From: Eledone cirrhosa
Taxonomy: Eukaryota
Assembly (NCBI GenBank): GCA_964016885.1
Contig: OZ024743.1
Span: 19,158,001 to 19,222,000 of the forward strand
Direction of reading: 5' to 3'
DNA: 64,000 bases
Positions 38,748 to 54,853 of the stretch are shown one piece after another (position 1 is the first letter of the stretch; each line of letters begins with the position of its first letter). The position numbers and the translations under genes are program-made. The notes beneath the pieces were generated by a model. That model was given only the letters and a program-made list of their open reading frames with translations, was not told where the DNA came from and did not search any database.

Positions 38748-41524
38748 TGCATTTATCTTGCTTTATGTTCATACGAGTTATCACCAAGTCACAACCAGTG
38801 ACCTCAAGAGACAACAAGGTCCGCCATGTTCAAGAAAGAACATACATATTCACACATGCATCCTTAGTGTTTAGACTTGTGATGTACTTATATTGACAGA
38901 ATCTTCCTTAGTATATGGGCAGTTCCCATTAGTACTATCTTTTGTATTTCTCCTATACGCGGGTTTCCTGGGATTTGCGATAAGTAGTCGTTAGATCCCT
39001 TAGGTATCATTCCCAGAGCGCCTACAACCACTGGTATTGTTTTAGTTCTCAATTTCCACATTTTTCCAATTTCTATCTCCAGGTCGTTATACTTGCTCAA
39101 TTTTTCAAATATTTTTATAGATACATTCTTGTCTATTGGAACAGACATATCAATTAGCAGGCATACCCTCCTTTGAAAGTCCTTCAATATTATATCAGGT
39201 CGATTTACATCTATTTTTCGGTCTGTTTGGATGCTAAAGTTCCACAAGATTGAGATGTGATCTTTTTCAAGTATGGGAGGTGGTTGATGCTCCCACCAAT
39301 TCTTTTGATGAGGCAGGTCAAAATGCTTACACATTATCCAATGTATGTATTGTGCAGCTCTGTCATGCCTGTTTAGGTATTCGGTTGGAGCTATAGGACT
39401 GCACATTGAAATTATATGGTCAATGGTCTCTGGTTGTTTTTTGCATACACGGCATAATGGGCTGCACCCATTTTTTATTATGTTGGCTAGGTAATTTTTT
39501 GTTGGCAGACACTGATCTTGTGCCGATATAATCAGTCCTTCAGTCTCCGATTTCAGCCCAGAGGATGCCAACCACTGATGGGTTAAAGTTTTGTCAACAT
39601 GAGGATTGTTAGCTCGCTCTGGGTATTTTCCATACAGAGGCTTTTCTTGCCATTTCTTAGCCAGTTTCTCTAGCAGTTCTTTCTTTGCAGTTACTTTTAC
39701 CTGCTTTGCTTTTTCTGTGTTTTCCATTTCAGCAGTAAATGGGACTTCTGAAATGTGTAGTCCATTACTGTATCTTTGTGCATCTTTTGTAATGGAATAT
39801 GATCTTTTGGTGCTTTCGTGTTTCAAAACGAGTTTGATCATCCAATCATGTGAATCCCTTAGATATGTGGATAATCCAATTGTTGCAGTTTTCAACGCAA
39901 TGTCTAACTGGATTAACCCACGTCCTCTTTCTTTCCTAGAGAGATATATTCTATCTATGTCTGCCTTAGGGTGATGCATTCTGTGCATGGTTAAGAATTT
40001 TCGGATTTTTGTATCGAGCCTACGGATCTCTGTGCTTGACCAGTTGATGACATTGTAACTGTAGGTTACTACTGGTATGGCAAGCGTGTTTATGGCATTG
40101 ATCCTATTCCTTGCATTCAATTCCGTTCTTAAGATTGCTCTGACTCTGCGGTAACATTCCTTCCTTATCCTTTCCCTCATTGTCGAGTGCTTGATTCCGT
40201 CTCCTTCACAAACACCTAGATATTTGTAAGTTTTTTCTTGATCAAGCTCTCTTATCACGTTCCCCCGATCAAGATTAATGTATGAACTCTTCAGCAGCTT
40301 TCCTCTGGTGAACGTTGCTTTGGCGAATTTATCCAGTCCAAACTCCATTTTAATGTCATCACTGAACTGCATCACAGTGGATAATAGCCCTTGCAATTGT
40401 TCATCATTTTTTGCAAATAGTTTCAGGTCATCCATGTAGAACAGGTGATTAATGGTTTTGTCATAGACTCTATATCCATGTTTTGTTTCATTGAGCATTT
40501 TACTTAATGGTATAAGTGCGATGCAGAATAAAAGCGGTGATAAAGGGTCACCCTGAAACGTTCCACAATTAATATTAACTTCTCCAGCTTCCAGTGATTT
40601 TGTTTCACTATTTAAAAGGAGTGTCGTTCTCCATGTCTTCATACTGAATGACAAAAACCTCCTGACAACGGGGGATATTTTGAAAATCTCTAAACATTTT
40701 TCAATCCAACTGTGTGGCAAACTATCGAATGCTTTTTTATAATCTATCCAAGCAATCGATAGATTTTTGTGTCTATTATGACAATCTTCCAGTATCATTT
40801 TGTTAACCAGAAGCTGATCCTTACAGCCATATGAGCCTCGTTTACACCCTTTCTGCTCAATGGGAAATAGGTCATTTGTTATCAGGGGGTCATATGTGTA
40901 TTCAGTTAGGACTGATGTTAACATTTTATACATTGTGGTCAAGCAGGCTATCGGTCTGTAATTTTGGGGATTGTTTGTCTCATCATTCTTCGGTAGCAGG
41001 AATGTAATGCCGTTAACTAGCCATGATGGTATCTTTTCTGGCTCCTTAACTATTTCATTGTAAAGTTGGGCTAACAGCTCATGAGACTCTGCGAAGGCAT
41101 TTATCCAAAAGTTTTGTATTTTGTCTTTTCCTGGGAATTTCCATTTGCTGGTTTTTCTTAGAGCCAAGCGCAACTGTTCAACTGTTATATTTTCCCATGT
41201 TTGTTCTTCAAGGTAAGCTGTATCTTTCATTTGTCTGTCTATCCATGGGGCATGTATGTTATGAACTTTTTCTTCGGTCCAGATCTTTTCCCAGAATTCT
41301 TGCACTTCCTCCTTGGGTGGTATTGATTTAGCAGTTATTGTTGACTTACCAATTTTTCTGTAGAATTTTCTTTGGTTGTTTTTGAACATATTATTGTCCT
41401 TATAGAATCTAGATCGTTTTTCAAAGCGCCTTATACGAGCAGCTTTGGCCGACACTTTTTGCTTGATTGTTTCTATCAGCATGTCTATGTCACATGTTGA
41501 TCTTATACTGTACTTTTTTTTCAA
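38747..41524 (-). mobile_element. R4/Dong copy D (5'-truncated, RT-RLE frame open)
   Basis: Same family, between (TAA)n tracts. Confidence 0.9.
38888..41524 (-). CDS. Reverse transcriptase plus CCHC knuckle plus restriction-like endonuclease (uninterrupted, 5'-truncated)
   Basis: 894-aa ORF in track, whose poly-Asn start is just the (TAA)n flank; RT and RLE motifs intact. Confidence 0.9.
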   Translation of the reverse strand: MKKKYSIRSTCDIDMLIETIKQKVSAKAARIRRFEKRSRFYKDNNMFKNNQRKFYRKIGKSTITAKSIPPKEEVQEFWEKIWTEEKVHNIHAPWIDRQMKDTAYLEEQTWENITVEQLRLALRKTSKWKFPGKDKIQNFWINAFAESHELLAQLYNEIVKEPEKIPSWLVNGITFLLPKNDETNNPQNYRPIACLTTMYKMLTSVLTEYTYDPLITNDLFPIEQKGCKRGSYGCKDQLLVNKMILEDCHNRHKNLSIAWIDYKKAFDSLPHSWIEKCLEIFKISPVVRRFLSFSMKTWRTTLLLNSETKSLEAGEVNINCGTFQGDPLSPLLFCIALIPLSKMLNETKHGYRVYDKTINHLFYMDDLKLFAKNDEQLQGLLSTVMQFSDDIKMEFGLDKFAKATFTRGKLLKSSYINLDRGNVIRELDQEKTYKYLGVCEGDGIKHSTMRERIRKECYRRVRAILRTELNARNRINAINTLAIPVVTYSYNVINWSSTEIRRLDTKIRKFLTMHRMHHPKADIDRIYLSRKERGRGLIQLDIALKTATIGLSTYLRDSHDWMIKLVLKHESTKRSYSITKDAQRYSNGLHISEVPFTAEMENTEKAKQVKVTAKKELLEKLAKKWQEKPLYGKYPERANNPHVDKTLTHQWLASSGLKSETEGLIISAQDQCLPTKNYLANIIKNGCSPLCRVCKKQPETIDHIISMCSPIAPTEYLNRHDRAAQYIHWIMCKHFDLPHQKNWWEHQPPPILEKDHISILWNFSIQTDRKIDVNRPDIILKDFQRRVCLLIDMSVPIDKNVSIKIFEKLSKYNDLEIEIGKMWKLRTKTIPVVVGALGMIPKGSNDYLSQIPGNPRIGEIQKIVLMGTAHILRKILSI

Positions 41525-41557
<33 letters not shown>

Positions 41558-41599
41558 ATTATTATTATTCATTTTAATATTAGTATTATATTATTATTA

Positions 41600-42060
41600 T
41601 TTCCTTCGTCCACATCTTATTAAGAAGTTCGTTGTGGTAGTGTCCTCAAACTCTCCTTCCATTGGGTCCTGTCAGAGGCAAAGGTCCCCAACAGATCCGG
41701 CTGGATCCTCAAACGAGGATGATATCCAACCATTTTGTTTGGGATCTACCCCCGGGTCACCTGCCGCGTGGACACAGTCGTAAATGTATGTCTAACGATT
41801 CTTTCCAGAGACATTCTAACCAGATGGCATAGTATCGGCGCTGTAATCTCTTAATTCGGAAAAGTAGAGGTTCTAGCTGGAGTGACTCCCTGATCTCCGA
41901 GATATGGACTCTCTCGTGTAACGTTACCTCAAAGACGCCTGTCGACAGAGCTGTTCTGCTAAAGTACGACACGTAGGTGGCGGATAGCGATACGGCCACC
42001 AGATATGTTGGGTAGTGGCGACATACAAGGTCAGATGCCGGATGAATACGCAACCGCGAA
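41600..42060 (-). pseudogene. Degenerate RTE-type LINE 3' fragment
   Basis: ISEIRESLQLEPLL.RI.R.Q.RYY then GHLVRM..ER....RGR...KW resembles RTE post-RT region. Confidence 0.55.
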
Positions 42061-42625
42061 TCAATAGCAGTAAAGTACTAGGGGAGATGGAACAATGACC
42101 GACTCTTGTAACTCCCGAGAAAACGTGTAAAGGCCGCCTCTATCAAAGCCTAGTATTGGCGGGTTAGAGAAGGTATGAGATTGGTGACCAAAACTGTATT
42201 ATGCTGAAAGAAACGAAACTGCATTGCCTTGTTTCTATTTGAAAAATAGACATGTGCATGGTAGGTTCCCTGTTTAAGTTGTTTGCCTCTATATAAAGAT
42301 ATAATTCTGTTTATGGGACCTTATTTAAAAGCTATTCACAATCATATTTTTAGAACCATTGTAATTTTAATAGGATCAATGTGAGATTCGGTGCCTATGT
42401 TACCAGTATTTATTACAGCAACAGTTGGTCAATCTTAGAATATAGTAGTTGACACTTGTATATGTTGTCTTATATTTGAACTGAACTCGAAGCTAAGTGG
42501 ATACAAAGGGAACTACAACGGAGAGATATCTGCGTGTATTATATACACGCATAAAACATACAAATGTTCGCACACGCACCCACACACACAAATACACAGT
42601 CACGGACACACGCACGCACACACAG

Positions 42626-42657
<32 letters not shown>

Positions 42658-42757
42658 GTAATATATATATATAAATTCTCTCACACATGACATATATATA
42701 TATACATATACAGTGTATATATATATATATATATATACATACACACAGACACACACA

Positions 42758-42808
<51 letters not shown>

Positions 42809-44618
42809 ATATATACATATAAATATACATAAGGAGCGTGTTATATATGCATTTGCATGTGTAAGTATTTAATTTTAATTGAAGCTGATAGAAATCAATA
42901 TGTTTCATTAAAGAGAAGAAACATATAGAAACAGATATTGAAGTGAGATAAGCTAATTAATTTGACTTCAGGGATAACATGATGTACTTCCTGAATAGAT
43001 CTGACTTTAAATAGTGTGTTCTCGCATAATATTATCTACGTACTATCAATAAAATATATCAATATTTAATTTATTTTTTCTACATATACGTTTTACTTTA
43101 TGGAGCTAATTACGTATGAACAATTCAACATTTAATTCTATGTAATTTCCTTTTTAACATATATTTATTCATCTTCTTTCTATCCTTATCAGATAATTCT
43201 TATGGGAACTATTTCAGCAAATAGTACCATTTGCTCGAATTCAATTTTCACAGAATTACTTAAGATAATTTACTTGAATTTTATTATATTAATTATATTG
43301 CTGATCGATGGATAACTATCAGCTATCAAATTCATACTTGGCACACTGTAATAAAATGTATTTTCCAGGATTGACTTGACCTCTATAACAGCTGTACTTT
43401 ACTGGATAACTATCCATATTCCACGACTTTCTGGAGTCTGGAAACTGTTTTATTGTGGTGTACGCGTTAGTTTTGATTTTATTTATGGCAAAACGGATTA
43501 TGGTTTGAGCATTAGATGAATAAGTATTCTAGATGGTTTACTTTTTTATGAGGATTCAACCGATTTAATTACACAAACAGAGAAATGCTAACAGCGAATG
43601 CCTGTTGCGATATGTATTATTTGTTTTAATTATAGAATTTATTGCTTTTGCAAACTGTTTGTAAATGCCAATAGTGTATCAAATGCAGCATGAAACAAAT
43701 GATCGGTGTGATATATCTTTATTAATATGGGGCTGATTTATATCGGTATAATTTAAACAAATTCTTAATCACGTAGTTATTGGTTTGATGATGTTGTCAT
43801 CTGTTTTCTTAAATCATTTTCAAAATCTGACCAAATATTTTTTATAATAGCTTTTTTCTCATGAAATATATAAGCCCATGTATATATTAACTATTATGCC
43901 AATTAAATGCAATTTGTTCCTTAACTTTCTTTACCTATAATTGTGTGATACCAGATACTTATTATGGTTGTTTTTAACTTTCTTTGCCTATAATTGTGTG
44001 TTACCTCATGCTTATCATGGTTGTTTTTGTTATTATTATTATTAATATTATTTTGTTATTATTATGATTAATATTATTATTCATAACGCGTTTGTTCTGG
44101 CAGATGCTATACAGACATTATACCAAAAGAGTGAGCCATATCCAATGGCCAAAGGTTGTTTGGATCATTCGTTTTTCAACTTTCCGACATCCTCCTTAGA
44201 ATTCTTAACGTGTACTTCTCGGTGATTAACGACTAGAGTTGCTGGATTAACGCATTAGTTAAGCACCAGCTGACAGATGCAATCATCAACAACAGTGCAA
44301 TTGTTAACAGTTGGGTAAATGTATTGAGGATGGCCGTTGTAAATGGGACTTCTCTGACCATGCACTAGCAGGCTGAAGAATTTAGAGAGATGGGGAGCGC
44401 ATTCATAAGGTATTCTTGAGAAGTATAGTAGTATATTATCATTGGGATTCCTAAGTTACACTTGGATGCTACTCCACCCTATTGGGGAAATGTTATTTTT
44501 ATAAATATATTGTTTTTTGGTTATCGGTTTTATCTGTTTACACGATTAAAATTTGTATTTTACGGTATGTTTCGGCCATTGGAACCAACGAAGCAACCCT
44601 AATTATTATTATTATTAT

Positions 44619-44846
44619 GGTTGGAAGGCTATGGATAGGTAGTATCAATAGAGCGTCGAGCACTCTGCTTTGCAGCATAGAGTTACGAGCTTTTACGTTC
44701 TAAAATAAATCTCGCCGCTGTCAACTTTGCCTATTATCCTTACGGAGTCAATAAAATAACGGACCAGTCACGCACTGGTGTGGATTTAATCGATTTCCCC
44801 CCTCCCCAAAATTGCTGGCCATGTGCCTATATAAGAAATCATTATT
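44619..44846 (+). mobile_element. SINE copy whose (TTA)n tail abuts R4/Dong copy E
   Basis: gtcaactttgcctattatccttacggagtcaataaaata...gctggccatgtgcctatataagaaatcattatt. Confidence 0.75.
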
Positions 44847-44868
44847 GTTATTGTTATTATTATTATTA

Positions 44869-45616
44869 TTTGCATTTATCTTGCTTTATGTTCATACGAG
44901 TTATCACCAAGTCACAACCAGTGACTTCAAGAGACAACACGGTCCGCCATGTTCAAGAAAGAACATACATATTCACACATGCATCTTTAGTGTTTAGACT
45001 TGTGATGTACTTATATTGACAGAATCTTCCTTAGTATATGGGCAGTTCCCATTAGTACTATCTTTTGTATTTCTCCTATACGCGGGTTTCCTGGGATTTG
45101 CGATAAGTAATCATTAGGCCCCTTATGTATCATTCCCAGAGCGCCTACAACCACTGGTATTGTTTTAGTTCTCAATTTCCACATTTTTCCAATTTCTATC
45201 TCCAGGTCCTTATACTTGCTCAATTTTTCAAATGTTTTTATAGATACATTCTTGTCTATTGGAATGGACATATCAATTAGCAGGCATACCCTCTTTTTAA
45301 AGTCCTTCAATATTATATCAGGTCGATTTACATCTATTTTTCGGTCTGTTTGGATGCTAAAGTTCCACAAGATTGAGATGTGATCTTTTTCAAGTATGGG
45401 AGGTGGTTGATGCTCCCACCAATTCTTTTGATGGGGCAGGTCAAAATGCTTACACATTATCCAATGTATGTATTGTGCAGCTCTGTCATGCCTGTTTAGG
45501 TATTCGGTTGGAGCTATAGGACTGCACATTGAAATTATATGGTCAATGGTCTCTGGTTGTTTTTTGCATACACGGCATAATGGGCTGCATCCATTTTTTA
45601 TTATGTTGGCTTGGTA
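44869..45616 (-). mobile_element. R4/Dong copy E (3' fragment)
   Basis: RLE ORF 45011-45529 and same 3' UTR; (TAA)n flanks. Confidence 0.9.
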
Positions 45617-45638
45617 TAATTATTATTATTATTATTAT

Positions 45639-45680
<42 letters not shown>

Positions 45681-45712
45681 CAGTGGTGGTGGTGGTGGTG
45701 GTGGTGGTGGTG

Positions 45713-45750
<38 letters not shown>

Positions 45751-46114
45751 TCGATTTGCAGTGCAGGCACTTGTGTCACTTCAAAAATACCTCGGATCAA
45801 ATGCCAGGCCGAATCGATTTTTCCGCAGGTTTTCATCACAAATCGTTAGGGTTTTTTTTCGGTAGAATTATTTCCTCCGTTATAAGAAATAAAATGATAA
45901 TTTGCCAAAGAAATTTTGTTTTCCTCGCTAAACATTTCAAAAGTGATGACTAACACATAACCCTCCGATTTAGCCGTCGTACAGAATTAGCCGTCGAAAC
46001 GGCTTGAGCTCAGCCGTCGGGGTCTTCCTTACTTCTACTACCCACTCTACTACCCTAAGTATTGAGTACTTTGGTGCGTTATGGTCCACCTGGTTCCTTA
46101 CCACTTTTCCTTCG

Positions 46115-49784
<3,670 letters not shown>

Positions 49785-51947
49785 CCTAACTGTACCAACG
49801 ATTACACACATTTTCCAATATATATATATATATCTTATGGTTGCTAAGATGCGTCCATACATCGTATGCCCATTGAGCACTCTATGCTCTTACGGAGCTG
49901 AGTATGATAAAATGGAAAACGTAGAATCAGTTATGCATCGGAGTATATATATATGTCTGTGTGTGTATGTAGGACGAAAATATATATATACGTATATGTG
50001 TGCGGACGAAAATATATGTGTAGGACGAAAATATATATATAGGTATATGTTTGCGTGCGTGTGTGTGTATGTACACACATGTGTGTGCGTGTATATATAT
50101 ATATATATATATACGTGTGTGTGCACATGTGTGTGGGTGAATATGTATATGCGTGTGTGTAGGTAGGTAGCTGTATGTAAGTAGACATGTGTGTGTCTGT
50201 ATGTATGTGTACGCATACGTGCATGTGTGAGTATATGCCTCTCTGTACGTACATGTATATTTGTGTGACTGTGTATATGTGGTGTACATATAGATAAGTC
50301 CATATGAATGTGTAGGTACATGCGAGAACTAAAGCACGCAGGCTCTATCTGTGTGTGTCTGCCCGTGTGTGTGTGTTTGTGCGTTTGTAGGGTTGTGTAA
50401 GTATACATAGCAGTCATTTTGAGTATGGGACGAATATGAGTGACAGCTCACGACTAGATGGTCAGCCGGCAGATTTCAGTGGCCAGAATTGTAATGGCGT
50501 CACAAACCAATGACCAAGCCAGAGGACGCGCGGATAGGATGAAGACAGACGATATATACTCGGCAGATCGGAAAGAGAACCTGCTTTGTAACCAACAGAC
50601 GTGTCTGAGGAACTTCCGAATCCATAGTCAGGTCGATCCACCAACAGGTCGCACCTCGAGCTGTTCGCCGGAGAAATATTTGTAATACGCAATATATATA
50701 TATATATATATACACGCACACCAACATTGTTCACATATATGCTTATGTAAAGCAGAGGAAAGAAACGATGAACGTGGTTGAGTGAGAGAACATGAGAGAG
50801 CGATATCAAAAAGAAAAACAAACTCTAAAATTGACACACATTTCAAATGTATTTTATCACATTCTGCTGATTCATTGACTTCCAAAATAATTAAAAATAT
50901 AAGTATTCATATACAAATCGTTTGCTCATCTGTAGATAATATTACTAGAATGTTGCTAAAAACTATTCCACTTGATAGTTATAGTACTGATAATAGAAGT
51001 ATACATAATATCAATAACAAACCATCATAAGTATAAAACTACAATAATTGTAATTATTAATTTTATAACGTCATTATTATTATCTTTATTATTCATGGCT
51101 TCAGAAATACTCCAACAGTCACCTTCCTTGGAACAAATCTTACGTACGTCTTAAATGGTATGCATAGAAGTGTTCGCATATGTCCAACCCTAAATAAAAT
51201 GTAGAATATAATAAGAGTTTTACAAATGTCCTCCTATGTTTCATGTGTTTTTGTATGCATGTTTTTTATACGAGGTTAGAGTGACATTCATTAGTCATTC
51301 TGGCCATGATAATCCTGGATTTTAATCGTATATCATTGTGTAGTAGAGGTTCCATAATCAAATAAACAAGAGACTAGTATTCTAACTATCAGATGTACCT
51401 AGCGCAAACAAGGAAAACTCCAGAAACACAGCTACGGAACATCTTTTTAAATCTATTAATTTCTATTGTTATTTTGACGCGTGTACGAATGCGTGTGTGA
51501 TAATTCATTATTGGAGAGGGCGATGAGAAATGTTTAATACATTAGTAATGATTAATAATTTATAAGGACAGATATTATCGCTTATCATTCTGAGTATTCT
51601 AGTGCGTTATACAGGCTCGTCCGGCAATTAACAATTACATAGAAGATACGGTAAGGATGTCCCTAACTTTTTGCCAAGGAAATGTAAAAGACTGGTTAGA
51701 TCCTACTTAGAGGATAAATTGTAAAACTGTCGAGAGATACATCGAAAACGAAAAGACACAAAGCAAATCAGCGAGAGATGAAGGTCTGAGAAAGCAAGAG
51801 AAAATGAAAGAGAGAAGCAAGTCAAACTAAAACGAAATAATATCAAACAAATAAAACGAAATAATAACAAACAAATAGTCCTTGGCCAGCAGTGTCCGAT
51901 AATACACACACACACATACACCACACCATATATATTTATATGTGTGG

Positions 51948-52006
<59 letters not shown>

Positions 52007-52177
52007 ATATCGCTTTTCACAAAAACAATATAAAAAGTTAAAACTATAGGTGGAGAGGTTAAACACAGCTCAAAATAGAATAATTTATCATAATAAGCAA
52101 AACAAAAGTCTATGTACCAACCATTCTGAAAGAGCTTTCCAAAAAGGTCAGTATACAAACTCCTATTGTGCCAAAAA

Positions 52178-52252
<75 letters not shown>

Positions 52253-52340
52253 CACACGCACGCACACACGCGCACACGCACGCACACACACACGCGCACA
52301 CGCACACACACACGTACATACACAGACACACACACACACG

Positions 52341-52376
<36 letters not shown>

Positions 52377-52378
52377 AT

Positions 52379-52916
52379 ACATTATGAAGAGAGAAGAAAC
52401 ATTAGATATAATTAATAATAAGATATATCATACCTAAACTCCTTCTTTACTCCTCGACTACGTAGTTTCGTGGCATATTATACAAAAACACTACATCACA
52501 GATATATCGAGTAACCTTTGAAGTGAAGTGACTGCTGGTAACCTATAATTACTCATACTTCTCGCCACCATAGCCACCTCTTCTACGGCTTTGATATAAG
52601 TATCCCCTCCGTCTCCGTGGTTTTTTTGTCATGGTTATAAGAGGCTTAGCTCTGTTTCTTGAATGCTGTATCACGTGATTGACTCCCCTTCCACCTTTCG
52701 GGATTCTATCTCGCATCCTACTGACGTGTTTTGAAACGCTTAATGAGGTATCCCCTTGATAAGTCGGCAGACCTCACAAAATTTCTATATCTCTGTGATG
52801 TATTGTTTTTGCATAATATGCCACGAAACTACGTAGTCGAGGAGTAAAGAAGGAGTTTAGGTATGATATATCTTATTATTAATTATATCTAATGTTTCTT
52901 CTCTCTTCATAATGTG
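52379..52916. repeat. Foldback (arms about 52379-52510 and 52785-52916) with a U3-A8 variant HHR at 52751-52843 (+)
   Basis: tcccc-TTGATAA-gtcggca...tgccac-GAAA-ctacgtag-TC-gagga. Confidence 0.7.
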
Positions 52917-53142
52917 TTATATAGGTTAGATACTGAATCAATCTAATCCATTCGGATTATTTTGTCCCAGTTATTAATAGAGCAACATCGGTTGAGGTTG
53001 GCACATTAATTCAAAGATATTTGTGGATATATTCATGTATATGTATATGTCCGCATGTATCTGTGTGTTTCTATATATTGTATATATATGTATATATATA
53101 TATATATATATAGTTATATAATAAACAACATAAGATAATTAT

Positions 53143-53203
53143 TTCGTTTACCAGTGGTTTCTTGAAGGCAGATGCTATGTCTGTCTTCAGCCGTCAGAAT
53201 GAA
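53143..53203 (-). ncRNA. Probable decayed hammerhead (A9G core)
   Basis: ttcatt-CTGACGG-ctgaag...cttcaa-GAAA-ccactgg-TA-aacgaa. Confidence 0.45.
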
Positions 53204-53681
53204 TAAATAACATGGTGTTTTTATTAAATATGGATTTGAAAACAAAATTTAGGAAATATGAAAGTGAGGCTGAAAAAACGGGCAAAAAGGAATTAGAGGA
53301 AACATATATAAATAAATATCCAGAAAATATTCTTACACACACTCAACCACGCGCATATACGTAATAGTACGTAGACGTATACTTTCTCACATAAGCGTAT
53401 TTGCGTCTACATGGAAATACGAACAGGCACATAAATACATACACACACATACACACAAATACACACACATACAGATACATACAAACGCAAAAACACAAAA
53501 GCAAAAGGCTCTATAAATGCGCGCACGTGTATATTTACACATACACATATATAAATAATATGTGCCTTCAATAAACCACTAGTAAATGAAATAATTATCT
53601 TATGTTGTTTATTACATTACTAATAAGCTCTGTAGCCTACATAGAGCACTCTTTTTTCCTGTACATTTCCAACGGACATAC

Positions 53682-53721
<40 letters not shown>

Positions 53722-53970
53722 AAAATGTTCAAGAACCCAAGGGCAGAGCTCAAGCCGTTTCGACGGCTAGTTCAGTCCAGAAATCGCTGTCGATACGGCT
53801 TGAGCTTTGCCGTCGGTGTCTTGAACATTTTCCTTTTACCCACACTACTACCCAAAGTATTGAGTACTCTGGTGCGTTATGGTCCACCTCGTTCCTCACC
53901 ACACTTCCTTCGTTATACATATATATAATATATATATATATATATATAACTTAAAAAGTGTGGTAAGGAA

Positions 53971-54034
<64 letters not shown>

Positions 54035-54595
54035 CCAGGTCCATACAACTTCAGGCGTATCAGTAGACAAAAAAGCAATGTATATTTCTAAAAGGTACAT
54101 TGACAGGGATAAACAATTTGTTGGCAATTAGTGTTAGGGCTTATATTAACAAGCTATGTAAAAAATAAAAGAAGATATATTAAATAGAAACAAAATATAG
54201 ATTTATGGAATATTTATACTTACGGACACACGTAGGCACACAGTTAGATTTTATTTGAAAACGTCAACTCTCGTATTATAATGGTAGCCAAAACAACTAT
54301 ACTTTAAATGGAAATGTGAAAAGTATGACAACAAAATGGTTAAGTTAGCAAGACATCTCTAGTAATAATTATTTCAAAGTTTGGCACAAGGCCGCGGATT
54401 CGAGGGAAGTAGACCTTTGATAATATCAAGCCCAGTTCTTAACTGCTGCTCCAGTGTATCAGTTATAATCAACCGTATGATATCAAATTCGTCCTGCAGA
54501 AACCCTTTTTGTAATACATAGATATGTATCCTCTTTACTAATATATTGAAGCTTATTTAGCCCTAGTTCTCTCCCATTTGTCTTCAGAAAAGCAT

Positions 54596-54658
<63 letters not shown>

Positions 54659-54810
54659 ATACTTTGGGAGGGTCATGTTGCCAATAAGAAACACACGCAC
54701 CAGCTGCTTTCACTTCAATTTATTATTATTATAAATTTATAATAAATTTTTAAATTTATAAATTTCTGGTTGGTTGGTTGGTTCCACAACCAGATAGTTG
54801 TTTATATATT

Positions 54811-54853
54811 GTTATAGTTCTTTCGTCACACACTCTGTGACCTCTTCAGTGAC
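54811..54853 (-). ncRNA. pLTR hammerhead (3' pLTR of minus copy)
   Basis: Copy of 61945-61987 with a stem I substitution. Confidence 0.6.
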
